This document shows, piece after piece, positions 27,786 to 37,127 of a stretch of 64,000 nucleotides of DNA. The first letter of the stretch is position 1; every line of letters starts with the position of its first letter. The notes under the pieces were generated by a model. That model searched no databases and was not told the DNA's origin. It saw only the letters and a program-made list of their open reading frames with translations. Made by a program: the position numbers and the translations under genes. Origin of the DNA: an uncultured Rhodospirillales bacterium (GTDB lineage Bacteria; Pseudomonadota; Alphaproteobacteria; CAAGCB01; CAG-977); the NCBI GenBank assembly GCA_902777205.1, contig CACYSU010000001.1:21832-85831 (forward strand), given 5' to 3'.

Positions 27786-29134
27786 GCGGCCTTGGAACGA
27801 CTGTGACTAAAAAACTGTATATAAAAACTTTCGGATGCCAGATGAACGTTTACGATTCTCTGCGCATGGCGGATCTGATGCGGACTTTGGGATTTGAACA
27901 GACCGAAACGCCCGAAGACGCCGATATGATCATTTTCAACACCTGCCACATCCGCGAAAAGGCGTCGGAGAAAATCTTTTCCGAACTGGGGCGTTTCAAA
28001 CCGCTGAAAGAACAAAGACGGGCGGAGGGGCGCGATTTGATTTTGGTGGTCGCCGGATGCGTCGTTCAGGCGGAATCCGCCGAATTCATGAACCGCGCGA
28101 AGTTCGTCGATATCGCGCTGGGCCCGCAAACCTACCACCGTTTGCCCGAAATGCTGCGCCGGTTGGAACACAAACGCAAACAGCGCATCATCGACGTGGA
28201 ATTTCCGGCGGTCGCCAAGTTCGATTCCCTGCCGGCGGCGCGCGCGAACGGCGTGTCGTCCTTTTTGGCGATTCAAGAGGGATGCGACCGTTTTTGCTCT
28301 TATTGCGTCGTTCCGTACACGCGCGGGGCGGAATATTCCCGTCCGCTGCGTGAAATCGTGGACGAGGCGCGCCAGCTGGCCGCTACGGGGACGAAGGATT
28401 TGATGCTGCTGGGGCAGAACGTGAACGCTTGGCACGGCGAAGGCGCGGACGGCAATCCGTCGGATCTCAGCCGTTTGGTCGCGGCGGTCGCGGAAATCGA
28501 CGGGATCGAACGGATTCGCTACGTCACGTCCTATCCGTCCGATTTCACGGACGACATGATCGCCATGCACCGCGACATTCCCAAGGTGATGCCGTACCTG
28601 CACCTGCCGGTTCAGGCCGGTTCCGACCGCGTTTTGAAAAAAATGAACCGCCGCTACACCTGCGCGCAATACGAGGAAATCGTCGCGAAACTGCGCGCCG
28701 CGTGTCCGGAAATCGCGCTGTCGTCCGACTTTATCGTCGGCTTTCCCGAAGAAACGGACGACGATTTTGAACAGACGATGGATTTGGTGCGCCGCGTGAA
28801 TTACGCGCAGTCGTATTCGTTCAAATACAGTCCGCGTCCGGGGACGCCCGCGGCCGCGATGAAAAACCAGATTCCCGAAGATGTCAAAACCGAACGTCTG
28901 GAACGGCTGCAGGCTTTGCTGATCGAACAGCACGCCGCCTATAACGCGCGGTTCAAAGGCCGGACGGTCGATGTCCTGTTGGAGGAAAAGGCCAAAAAGG
29001 ACGGGTATCTGCTGGGGCATACGCCGCAAATGCAAAACGTCGTCGTGCGGGCGCCCGATTCCCTGTCGGGGCAAATCGTCCGCGTCCGCATCGTCGGCAC
29101 GGCGGCGACGACTTTGGACGGCGAACTGGTTTGA
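27782..29134 (+). CDS. miaB: tRNA-i6A37 methylthiotransferase.
   Basis: KKLYIKTFGCQMNVYDS... N-terminus. Radical-SAM C-D-R-F-C-S-Y-C cluster. TRAM C-terminus. The start is GTG at 27782 or 27803. Confidence 0.9.
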   Translation: MSGLGTTVTKKLYIKTFGCQMNVYDSLRMADLMRTLGFEQTETPEDADMIIFNTCHIREKASEKIFSELGRFKPLKEQRRAEGRDLILVVAGCVVQAESAEFMNRAKFVDIALGPQTYHRLPEMLRRLEHKRKQRIIDVEFPAVAKFDSLPAARANGVSSFLAIQEGCDRFCSYCVVPYTRGAEYSRPLREIVDEARQLAATGTKDLMLLGQNVNAWHGEGADGNPSDLSRLVAAVAEIDGIERIRYVTSYPSDFTDDMIAMHRDIPKVMPYLHLPVQAGSDRVLKKMNRRYTCAQYEEIVAKLRAACPEIALSSDFIVGFPEETDDDFEQTMDLVRRVNYAQSYSFKYSPRPGTPAAAMKNQIPEDVKTERLERLQALLIEQHAAYNARFKGRTVDVLLEEKAKKDGYLLGHTPQMQNVVVRAPDSLSGQIVRVRIVGTAATTLDGELV

Positions 29135-29239
29135 CGGGCGGCGGCGCGAAATCGCCGGCCGGCGCACACTAACGCTTGCCAAGTCACGGAAAAAAAGACA
29201 TAATCGTTCTAACAACATTCTGAATGAAAGGGCTTTTCC

Positions 29240-30256
29240 GTGGGAAAGAAAAAAGATTTGCAGCGCGTCAAGGAATACGCCGACAACCAAGTGCTTTTGA
29301 TCGCCTTGGGGGCGCATAACGACAACCTGAAACGTTTGGAAAAAAAGCTGGGCGTCGATATTAAAACGCGCGGCAACCAAATCACCGTCAGCGGGGACGG
29401 GGACGCCGTGGAACACGCGTTCGCCGCGATGGACAAGATTTACGCCGCCGCCGCCAAAAAAGGCGACATCGACAATTCCGACATAGACAACGCTTTACAC
29501 GTCAGCGAGGGACACAAAATGACCGCCAAAGAAAAACACGCCGCCGAAGATGTCAAAACCAACGAAGACGGCGAAGAGGATTTGACTCTGCGCACGCGCA
29601 AACGCCACATCCAGCCGCGTTCCCAGACGCAGGCGGAATACATCCGCGCCATGCGTGATTACGAAATGGTGTTCGGGTTGGGACCCGCCGGCACGGGTAA
29701 AACGTTTTTGGCCGTCGCCAAGGCTGTTTCCCTGATGATCGAAGGGCAGATCGACAAGATCATCTTGTCGCGTCCCGCCGTCGAAGCCGGTGAAAATCTG
29801 GGGTTCCTGCCGGGGGATTTGAAAGAAAAAATCGACCCGTACCTGCGGCCGCTGTACGACGCTTTGTACGATATGCTGCCCCGCGACGTTGTTGACAAGA
29901 AACTGGAACTGGGCGAAATCGAAGTCGCGCCGCTGGCGTTCATGCGCGGGCGCACGCTGACAAACGCGATGGTCATTTTGGACGAAGCGCAAAACACGAC
30001 GCCGATGCAGATGAAGATGTTCCTGACCCGTATGGGCGAAAATTCGCGCATGGTCATCAACGGCGATTTAAGCCAGACGGATCTGCCGCGCGGCGTCCAG
30101 TCGGGATTGGCCGACGCCTTGGACGTTCTGCGCAACGTCAAGGACATCGCCGTCGTCACCTTTACGGAAAAGGATGTCGTCCGCCACGGATTGGTGTCTT
30201 CGATCGTCAAGGCGTATGACAAACGCTACGCGTCCCGCAAAGGGCTGGCCGGCTGA
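29240..30256 (+). CDS. PhoH-like ATPase (YbeZ).
   Basis: P-loop FGLGPAGTGKTFLAV and the VILDEAQN motif. Confidence 0.85.
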   Translation: MGKKKDLQRVKEYADNQVLLIALGAHNDNLKRLEKKLGVDIKTRGNQITVSGDGDAVEHAFAAMDKIYAAAAKKGDIDNSDIDNALHVSEGHKMTAKEKHAAEDVKTNEDGEEDLTLRTRKRHIQPRSQTQAEYIRAMRDYEMVFGLGPAGTGKTFLAVAKAVSLMIEGQIDKIILSRPAVEAGENLGFLPGDLKEKIDPYLRPLYDALYDMLPRDVVDKKLELGEIEVAPLAFMRGRTLTNAMVILDEAQNTTPMQMKMFLTRMGENSRMVINGDLSQTDLPRGVQSGLADALDVLRNVKDIAVVTFTEKDVVRHGLVSSIVKAYDKRYASRKGLAG

Positions 30257-30257
30257 C

Positions 30258-30752
30258 ATGACGGTCAAGGTTTCGCTGCGGGTTGACGAAAAGGCGTGGA
30301 AGGACGCTTTGCCCGATTACAAGGCGTTGGTGGAAAAGGCCGCCCGCGCCGCGTGGAAAGCCGGAAACGCCGGCGATTACGCTTTGCCCGTCAAACGGGC
30401 GGAAGTCAGCGTTTTGCTGACGGACGACCGGACGATCCACGCGTTGAACAAGGAATACCGCGGGGTGGACAGGCCGACAAACGTCCTGTCTTTCGCCGCT
30501 TTGGACGACGAGGACGAACCGATCGTCGATCCGTTGCTGCTGGGTGACATTGCCGTCGCGTTTGAAACGACCGCGCGCGAGGCACAGGAGCAGAATAAAA
30601 CGCTGGCGGAGCATTTCTTTCACCTGATCGTCCACGGCGTGCTGCACCTGATCGGATACGACCATGTCGAGGACGCCGACGCCGAGGAAATGGAGGTGTT
30701 GGAAACGCGGATCATGACCGACAACAATATGGCCGACCCGTATGACGATTAA
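30258..30752 (+). CDS. ybeY: rRNA maturation endoribonuclease YbeY.
   Basis: H-L-I-V-H-G-V-L-H-L-I-G-Y-D-H metal-binding motif. ATG 30258 directly follows the phoH stop. Confidence 0.85.
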   Translation: MTVKVSLRVDEKAWKDALPDYKALVEKAARAAWKAGNAGDYALPVKRAEVSVLLTDDRTIHALNKEYRGVDRPTNVLSFAALDDEDEPIVDPLLLGDIAVAFETTAREAQEQNKTLAEHFFHLIVHGVLHLIGYDHVEDADAEEMEVLETRIMTDNNMADPYDD

Positions 30753-32280
30753 AGACGCGGCCGGCCTGTTCGTCCGGCATAAAAAAACGGCTGCCTTTCT
30801 ATGCGGTTTGATCGCCGTCGGCGCGTTGCCGCCGTATTACGCGACGGTGTGCCTGCTGCCGGCGTTCGCGGGGCTGGTCGCCTTGCTGAACCGGACGGAG
30901 GGTAAAAAACAGGCGGCCGCGACCGGTTTCTGGTTCGGATTCGGATTTTTTTCGCTGGGGCTGGCTTGGGTGTCGAACGCGATGCTGATCGACGGCATGG
31001 GGTTCGGCTGGCTGGCGCCTTTGCCGCCCGTCGGGTTCGGCCTGTGGGGCGGATTGTTCGGCGCCGCGGCCGCTTTTACCGCCGCTTTTTTCAAAGCGGG
31101 ATGGCGGCGGCTGACGGCGTTCGGCGCGGCGTGGGGCGTGTTCGAGTGGGTGCGTTCGTGGCTGTTCACCGGCTTTCCGTGGAATTTGGTCGCTTCCGTT
31201 TGGACGGATCGGCCTGAAATGATGCAGTCGGCATCGCTGGCCGGCGCGTACGGGCTGGGCATCGCGACCGTTTTTATCGCCGGATTGCCCGCGCTGGTCG
31301 GGGCGGGGTGGCGCCGTTTTGTCCCGCCGCTGGCGCTGGGCGTCATTTTACTGGCGTCGCTGTGGGGATACGGAGCCGTCCGTTTGACCCATGCGCCGGA
31401 TGACACGATCAACGGCGCGGTGATCCGGCTGGTGCAGGCGAACATTCCGCAGGGGCGCAAATGGAACGCGGACGAGGCGGAACGCAATTTGATGAAACAC
31501 GTTCACCTCAGCCGGTCGTCGGGGGCGGAAAAGGTGTCCCATGTGGTGTGGCCGGAAACGGCGACCCGTTTTTTGCTGGTGCAGGACGATTTCGCCCGTT
31601 CCATGGTGACCAGCGCGTTGACGCCGTCGGCCATATTGCTGGCGGGGACTTTGCGCGCCGAAAAAACGGAAACGGGGGCGCGGTATTTCAACAGCGTCGC
31701 CGCTTTGAACGATCTGGGCGTTTATCTGGGCGGTTACGACAAATCGCATCTGGTGCCGTTCGGGGAATATGTGCCGCTGGCGAAATTCTTTCCGTTCATT
31801 CGCAAAGTCACGCCCGTTCCGATGGATTTGGGCGTGGGCTACGGCGTGAAAACGACTGTTTTGCCGCGCACGCTGCCGGTCGGGATTTTGGTGTGTTACG
31901 AAGTGATCTTTCCCGCGAACGTCGCGGAGAGGAATTACCGGCCGTATTGGCTGCTGAACGTGACGAACGACGGTTGGTACGGCCTCAGCGCGGGACCCTA
32001 TCAGCATTTTGCCGCGGCGCAGATGCGCGCGGTGGAAGAGGGCTTGCCTTTGGCGCGGGCGGCCAACACGGGGATCAGCGGGATGATCGACGCCTACGGC
32101 CGCGTGACCGCGTCGCTGGGGCTGGGGAAAGAGGGCGTTGTTGACGCCGGATTGCCGCGCCGCACGGAAAACCCGACGTTTTACGCAAAGCACGGAAACG
32201 CCGTTCCGCTGACGCTCGCTTTGCTGTTGTTTATTTTGGCCGCCGTTCCGTTCAAACGGGAAAAAGGGGATGCCGCATGA
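30742..32280 (+). CDS. lnt: Apolipoprotein N-acyltransferase.
   Basis: 512 aa. N-terminal multi-TM region and a C-terminal CN-hydrolase domain (VCYEVIFP). Confidence 0.85.
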   Translation: MTIKDAAGLFVRHKKTAAFLCGLIAVGALPPYYATVCLLPAFAGLVALLNRTEGKKQAAATGFWFGFGFFSLGLAWVSNAMLIDGMGFGWLAPLPPVGFGLWGGLFGAAAAFTAAFFKAGWRRLTAFGAAWGVFEWVRSWLFTGFPWNLVASVWTDRPEMMQSASLAGAYGLGIATVFIAGLPALVGAGWRRFVPPLALGVILLASLWGYGAVRLTHAPDDTINGAVIRLVQANIPQGRKWNADEAERNLMKHVHLSRSSGAEKVSHVVWPETATRFLLVQDDFARSMVTSALTPSAILLAGTLRAEKTETGARYFNSVAALNDLGVYLGGYDKSHLVPFGEYVPLAKFFPFIRKVTPVPMDLGVGYGVKTTVLPRTLPVGILVCYEVIFPANVAERNYRPYWLLNVTNDGWYGLSAGPYQHFAAAQMRAVEEGLPLARAANTGISGMIDAYGRVTASLGLGKEGVVDAGLPRRTENPTFYAKHGNAVPLTLALLLFILAAVPFKREKGDAA

Positions 32281-32426
32281 AAAAAAGAATGTTGATGACG
32301 GTTTTGATTCTGGCGTTCGCGGGATTGGCCGCCTGCCGGAATTTGTATGAAAAGGAAACGTACGCCGCGACGGATTCCTATGATTCCGTGTTCAGGGGAA
32401 AATACGTCCCGCGGGACGCGCGCTGA
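32277..32426 (+). CDS. Small putative lipoprotein (49 aa). Not in the ORF track.
   Basis: I hand-translated MKKRMLMTVLILAFAGLAACRNLYEKETYAATDSYDSVFRGKYVPRDAR. Its ATG overlaps the lnt stop. Lipobox L-A-A-C. Confidence 0.4.
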   Translation: MKKRMLMTVLILAFAGLAACRNLYEKETYAATDSYDSVFRGKYVPRDAR

Positions 32427-33353
32427 TCATTCGTAGCTGAGGTTGTTCAGCCGCCAATACGTTTCCGTGTCGTACAGGCGGGGGTTTTTCTTGGCGTAAT
32501 CCAGCGCGGTGTTGCCTTCGCCGTCGGCGACGGAGATTTTCGCCCCGCAGTCGATCAAAACGTCAACGATTTCCGTCGCGTTCGGGTTGAACGCCGCGGC
32601 GAACATCAACGGGGTCAGCCCCTCCGCGCTGCGGTCGTCCAGCCCCGCGCCGTGTTCCAGCAAAGACATCAGCACATACGGGTTCAGGTTGCGTCCGGCG
32701 GACAGCATCAGCGGCGTGATGCCGTATTCGGCGCGGTCGGAAATGTGCGCCCCCATGTCCAGCAAAGCTTTGACAATGCTCAGCGGCGTGTTTTGTTCAA
32801 TGGCGATCATCAGCGGCGTCATGCCGTTTTTGTCGCGTTCGTTGATGTTGAATTTGTGCGCCGCCAGCCATTTCAGCGTTTCAATCTTCGGACGGTTCGA
32901 CAAAGCCAGCGCCCAAGCGGACTGCCCCTCGGCGTTCCGTTCGCTCAGGACGCTTTTCTTTTTTGCCAGAACGTTCAAAACCGGCACGGGGGCGTTGTTG
33001 GCGGCGGCGTGCAGAAACGCCGTCATGCCGTCGTTGTCCTTGGCGGTCACGTCGGCGCCCGCTTTGATCAAAACGGCGCAAACTTTCGGCCTTTTGTTGA
33101 AGGCGGCGGCGATCATCAGCGGCGTTTTGCCCGTTTCGTCGCGGATGTTCGGATTGACCAGCCCCGTTTTCAAATAATAGCGCACATGACGCGCCGCCCC
33201 GTTGACCAAAGCCTTTTGGAACGGGGGGACTTTCCGGTAAAACAGCACCCAAACAAGGACGAGCAGCAACAACACCCCTGAAACGGCGGTCACAACGATT
33301 TCGGGATCAAGCGATCGAAGCGTGTTTAAAATCCGGTCGGTCAAATCGGTCAA
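32427..33353 (-). CDS. Membrane-anchored ankyrin-repeat protein.
   Basis: N-terminal TM helix (VVTAVSGVLLLLVLVWVLF), then at least six ANK repeats (G-x-TPLM-x-AA...). Confidence 0.8.
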   Translation of the reverse strand: MTDLTDRILNTLRSLDPEIVVTAVSGVLLLLVLVWVLFYRKVPPFQKALVNGAARHVRYYLKTGLVNPNIRDETGKTPLMIAAAFNKRPKVCAVLIKAGADVTAKDNDGMTAFLHAAANNAPVPVLNVLAKKKSVLSERNAEGQSAWALALSNRPKIETLKWLAAHKFNINERDKNGMTPLMIAIEQNTPLSIVKALLDMGAHISDRAEYGITPLMLSAGRNLNPYVLMSLLEHGAGLDDRSAEGLTPLMFAAAFNPNATEIVDVLIDCGAKISVADGEGNTALDYAKKNPRLYDTETYWRLNNLSYE

Positions 33354-35164
33354 TAGAAACGCACTCCTTCTTCAAATTCGTTGAATGTGCGGGTCACGTC
33401 CCGCAGCGATCCCAGCGACAGCAGTTTGTTGACGAACCGTTCCGCGTCCTGCAGGTTCAGGGAACGGATGCGTTCCTTGACCATGGGAATGTTGATCGCG
33501 GGCATGGACAATTCGCGCACGCCCAACCCGATTAAAACGGCGGCGTAGCGGTGGTTGGACGCCATTTCGCCGCAAACGCTGACGGGAATGTGCGCGTCGG
33601 CCGCGCTGACGACCGTTTTTTTCAACAATTTCAAAACGGCCGGATGCAGCGGCGTGAACAACGCGGCGACGGACGCGTCCGACCGGTCGGCCGCCAAAGT
33701 GTATTGCACCAGATCGTTCGTGCCGATTGATAAAAAGTCGCAGTTCCGCGCCAGAACGTCTGATTCCAAAGCGGCCGCCGGCGTTTCGATCATAACGCCC
33801 AGCCGCGGCAAAACGTCGGGCAGGGGGACGGAACGGGCGCGCAAATCGTCCAGACATTCCGCGAAAATCCGTTTGGCTTCCAAAACCTCTTCAACGCAAG
33901 TCACCATCGGCAGCATGATCCGGATGTCACCGTGGCAGGCGGCGCGGATCGTGGCGCAAAACTGCATTTTCAACAAAAACGGCGTTTTCAGCGTGAAACG
34001 GATGCCGCGCAGTCCCAACGCCGGATTTTCGGTGCACGGGATGTGCAGGGCGTCGGGCGTTTTGTCGGCGCCGACGTCAAACGTGCGGAAAGTGACGGGT
34101 TTGCCGTCCATGCGGGAAACGATCCGGTGCAAAATCTCAAACTGTTCGTCTTCGGACGGGATGTCGCGGCGGTTCAGGAACATATATTCGCTACGCATCA
34201 ATCCGATGCCGTCAGCCCCCGTTTGCAACAGAAAGTCCACCTCGTGCGGCAGGTCGATGTTGCCTTTGAGCGAAACGGCGGCCTGATCCGACGTGACGGA
34301 CGGCTGGCTACGCAGTCGTTTCAACGACCGTTTCCACCGCAGGAAGTCCGATCTGTATTTGCGGTACAGCGTGATGTTTTCCTGCGTCGGCAGCAAAATC
34401 ACTTTACCGTATGTGCCGTCAATGATGATGATGTCGCCCGTGTGCGCCACGCGCATCAAATCGGGAATGCCGACGATGGCGGGAATGCCCAAAGACCGCG
34501 CCAACAGCGCCGCATGGCTTTGCACCGAACCGCCGGCGGTGATGAACGCGCCGATTTTTTTTAAATTCAACAAAGCCGTGTCCGTCACGCTCAGATCATT
34601 GGCGACAATGACGGCGTTTTCCGGCAGGCGAAGTTTCTTTTCTTTCGACAATGACTGCAGGTTGTGCAGAATGCGGGCGCCAACGCTGCGGATGTCTTCG
34701 ATTCTGGCGGAAATGTAAACGTCGTTCATCGCGTTGAACACGTCGGCAATGGCGTCGATTTCGCTTTGAACGGCGGCTTCGGCGTTGATCTGGCAGTTTT
34801 TGATGCGGTGGCACACACCGCGGATCAGGCGCGATCCTTTCAACATATGGCGGTACGCGTCGAACAGCGATCCGATCGGGTCGTCCTTCAACACGTCTTT
34901 CGCCTTGTCCATCAAGGTGTCCAGCTGTTTCTGCGTGGTCTGGACGGCATTTAAAAAGCGTTGCTGTTCATTGTGAACGTCGTCTTCGGCGATGCGGTAT
35001 TGCGGAACGGATTTCAGCAGGGAATCGTAAATGAACACCCGACCGATGACAATCCCCGGCGAAACGCCCGTGCCATCGCGGACGGTTTCCGCACCGTCGG
35101 CCGCCGCGTTTGAAAGCCGTTTAAAATCGGCGGGAAGTTTTTTAATTTTCGTTGAATTTGTCAT
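33350..35164 (-). CDS. ptsI: Phosphoenolpyruvate--protein phosphotransferase (PTS enzyme I).
   Basis: 604 aa. PEP-utilizing enzyme domains. Active-site region around GGSVQSHAALLARSLGIPA. Sits in the alphaproteobacterial PTS-Ntr cluster. Confidence 0.85.
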   Translation of the reverse strand: MTNSTKIKKLPADFKRLSNAAADGAETVRDGTGVSPGIVIGRVFIYDSLLKSVPQYRIAEDDVHNEQQRFLNAVQTTQKQLDTLMDKAKDVLKDDPIGSLFDAYRHMLKGSRLIRGVCHRIKNCQINAEAAVQSEIDAIADVFNAMNDVYISARIEDIRSVGARILHNLQSLSKEKKLRLPENAVIVANDLSVTDTALLNLKKIGAFITAGGSVQSHAALLARSLGIPAIVGIPDLMRVAHTGDIIIIDGTYGKVILLPTQENITLYRKYRSDFLRWKRSLKRLRSQPSVTSDQAAVSLKGNIDLPHEVDFLLQTGADGIGLMRSEYMFLNRRDIPSEDEQFEILHRIVSRMDGKPVTFRTFDVGADKTPDALHIPCTENPALGLRGIRFTLKTPFLLKMQFCATIRAACHGDIRIMLPMVTCVEEVLEAKRIFAECLDDLRARSVPLPDVLPRLGVMIETPAAALESDVLARNCDFLSIGTNDLVQYTLAADRSDASVAALFTPLHPAVLKLLKKTVVSAADAHIPVSVCGEMASNHRYAAVLIGLGVRELSMPAINIPMVKERIRSLNLQDAERFVNKLLSLGSLRDVTRTFNEFEEGVRFY

Positions 35165-35417
35165 TGACCAGTTTTTCCAATGCCGTCAAAGCCTCCCGCG
35201 CCTGTTTTCCCGAACACGCGACTTTGATTTCCGAAAAACAGGCCGCCCCCAGCATCATCAACCCCATAATGGAATGGCCGGAAACGGTTTGCCTGTCCTT
35301 TTCCACACTGACATCGGCGTCGAAAGAATCGGCTGTACGCACGAACGCCGCGGCCGCGCGGGCGTGCAGGCCTTTTTCGTTGACGATTTTCAACACTTTC
35401 GACACTTTGTCAGGCAT
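35142..35417 (-). CDS. ptsH: HPr-family phosphocarrier protein.
   Basis: 91 aa. G-L-H-A-R-A active-site His motif. Confidence 0.8.
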   Translation of the reverse strand: MPDKVSKVLKIVNEKGLHARAAAAFVRTADSFDADVSVEKDRQTVSGHSIMGLMMLGAACFSEIKVACSGKQAREALTALEKLVNDKFNEN

Positions 35418-35429
35418 GGCGTTCGCTTT

Positions 35430-35831
35430 TCAGGCGCGGTTCAACAGGGCGGACGCGACGTTGATGTATTTTTTACCCGCGTCCTGCGCGCTGACGACGG
35501 CCTCTTTCAACGGCAGGGTCGAACGCACCTGAGCCAGCTTGATCAACATGGGCAGGTTCATGCCGGCCAACACTTCGACCTTGTCCTGCGTCATCATGGA
35601 AATCGCCAGATTGGACGGCGTTCCGCCGAACATATCGGTCAGGACGATCACGCCGTCGCCCGTGTTGACTTTGGCGATTTTTTCCTGAATTTCCGAACGG
35701 CGCTGTTCCATATCGTCATTGGGGAAAATGCCGACGGATTCGACGTTTTCCTGCGCGCCGACGACGTGTTCCATCACGGCTTTCATTTCCTGCGCCAGAT
35801 TTCTGTGTGAAACTAAAATCAATCCGATCAT
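35430..35831 (-). CDS. PTS EIIA component, mannose/fructose (ManX) family.
   Basis: 133 aa. MIGLILVSHRNLA... places the N-terminal His in the family-typical position. Confidence 0.75.
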   Translation of the reverse strand: MIGLILVSHRNLAQEMKAVMEHVVGAQENVESVGIFPNDDMEQRRSEIQEKIAKVNTGDGVIVLTDMFGGTPSNLAISMMTQDKVEVLAGMNLPMLIKLAQVRSTLPLKEAVVSAQDAGKKYINVASALLNRA

Positions 35832-35832
35832 T

Positions 35833-36723
35833 TCAATTTTCCTGTCTGTGTTTATCCAATTCCCGATGGGCTAAAGTTACCATACACGTTTTTTGCGCCA
35901 AAAGCCATTTATAAAGTTGTTCCGCGATGTAAACGGAACGGTGTTTGCCGCCCGTGCATCCGACGGCGACGGTCAGGCGCGCCTTTCCCTCCTGTTCAAA
36001 ACGGGGCAGCAGGGGCGCGATGAAACCGGTCAGGCGGCCGAAAAAGGACGAAAAGTCCGGATCCTGTTCGATATAGGCGCCGACGCGCGGGTCTTTGCCC
36101 GTCAGGGGGCGCAGGTCGGGGTCGTAATGCGGGTTGCGCAGGAAACGCACGTCGAAAACCAGATCGGCTTCGCGCGGCAACCCTTCGCGATAGGAAAAGG
36201 ACATGACCGAAACGACCATTTTTTTCGCGCTCAGCGTGGTGAATTCCGCTTCGACGGCCGACCGCAGTTGCGCCGTTTTCAAATCCGTCGTGTCGATGAC
36301 GATATCCGATTTTTCGCGCAAGGGCGCCATCAACTTGCGTTCCGCGGCGATTCCGTCGCTCAGCTGTTTGTCCTTGGCCAGCGGGTGGGTGCGGCGGGTT
36401 TCCGTGAACCGGCGCAGCAGCTTTTCGTCGTCGCAATCCAGAAAAACGATTTTTTCGGCGGTGTCGGGGTCTGTTTTCAATTCCGCGCAAATGGCGCACA
36501 GCTTGTCGCAATCGAAATCGCGGGTTCGCGCGTCAACCCCCAAAGCGATCGACGAATCGGCGTCCGCGCCCGCGATGACTTCGCGCAAAACGGACAGGGG
36601 CAGGTTGTCGATGACCTCGAAACCGCAATCTTCCAATATCTTTAAAACGCTGGATTTTCCGGCGCCGGACAAACCGCTGACAATGACAATCCGTTTCATG
36701 ACACCACTTTCCTTTGCTGACAA
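35833..36723 (-). CDS. rapZ: RNase adapter / nucleotide-binding protein RapZ (YhbJ).
   Basis: P-loop G-L-S-G-A-G-K-S-S. 296 aa. The start may instead be ATG 36699. Confidence 0.85.
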   Translation of the reverse strand: MSAKESGVMKRIVIVSGLSGAGKSSVLKILEDCGFEVIDNLPLSVLREVIAGADADSSIALGVDARTRDFDCDKLCAICAELKTDPDTAEKIVFLDCDDEKLLRRFTETRRTHPLAKDKQLSDGIAAERKLMAPLREKSDIVIDTTDLKTAQLRSAVEAEFTTLSAKKMVVSVMSFSYREGLPREADLVFDVRFLRNPHYDPDLRPLTGKDPRVGAYIEQDPDFSSFFGRLTGFIAPLLPRFEQEGKARLTVAVGCTGGKHRSVYIAEQLYKWLLAQKTCMVTLAHRELDKHRQEN

Positions 36724-37127
36724 ACGATCGACACGACCGTTTTCACCTTTAATACAGCGGAAGCGGTGAAACCGTCCAGAAAAAACACCGGAACGGGGAC
36801 GTTTTCAATCGTTTCCGTTTTCAAATCGGGCATCCGGTCGATTCCCGCGTCCGGCCGCAAAACGATTTTGGCGCAAACGCGCGTTTCGGAAACGCAAGGG
36901 GTTTCGACGACGCCGATGCCGCGGATTTCCAGCAATCCCCTGATGCGTTCGGGGCATCGGGCGACCAGCGCGCCGTTTTCGTTTTCGACGATCGTTTGGT
37001 CGTCGGCCACCAGCCGCGCCCCCGCGTCCAACAGCCGCAGGCATAAATCCGATTTTCCGCATCCCGATCCGCCGCACAGCAAAACGCCCGCGCCGGAAAA
37101 GTCCGCGCACGACGCGTGGATCAGCAT
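36696..37127 (-). CDS. hprK: HPr kinase/phosphorylase, short alphaproteobacterial form (C-terminal domain only).
   Basis: 143 aa. LLCGGSGCGKSDL P-loop. Confidence 0.8.
   Translation of the reverse strand: MLIHASCADFSGAGVLLCGGSGCGKSDLCLRLLDAGARLVADDQTIVENENGALVARCPERIRGLLEIRGIGVVETPCVSETRVCAKIVLRPDAGIDRMPDLKTETIENVPVPVFFLDGFTASAVLKVKTVVSIVCQQRKVVS

Noticed and set aside
27593-29416. 607-aa minus-strand ORF opposite miaB, and similar long antisense ORFs (43672..44865 opposite der, 46861..48480 opposite pgi/mutL, 58657..59868 opposite the EptA-like gene, 42069..43321 opposite yfgM/bamB).
   Set aside because: All overlap well-supported genes on the other strand. They show no recognisable motifs and have biased R/G/A/P-rich composition, which is a GC-rich frame artefact.
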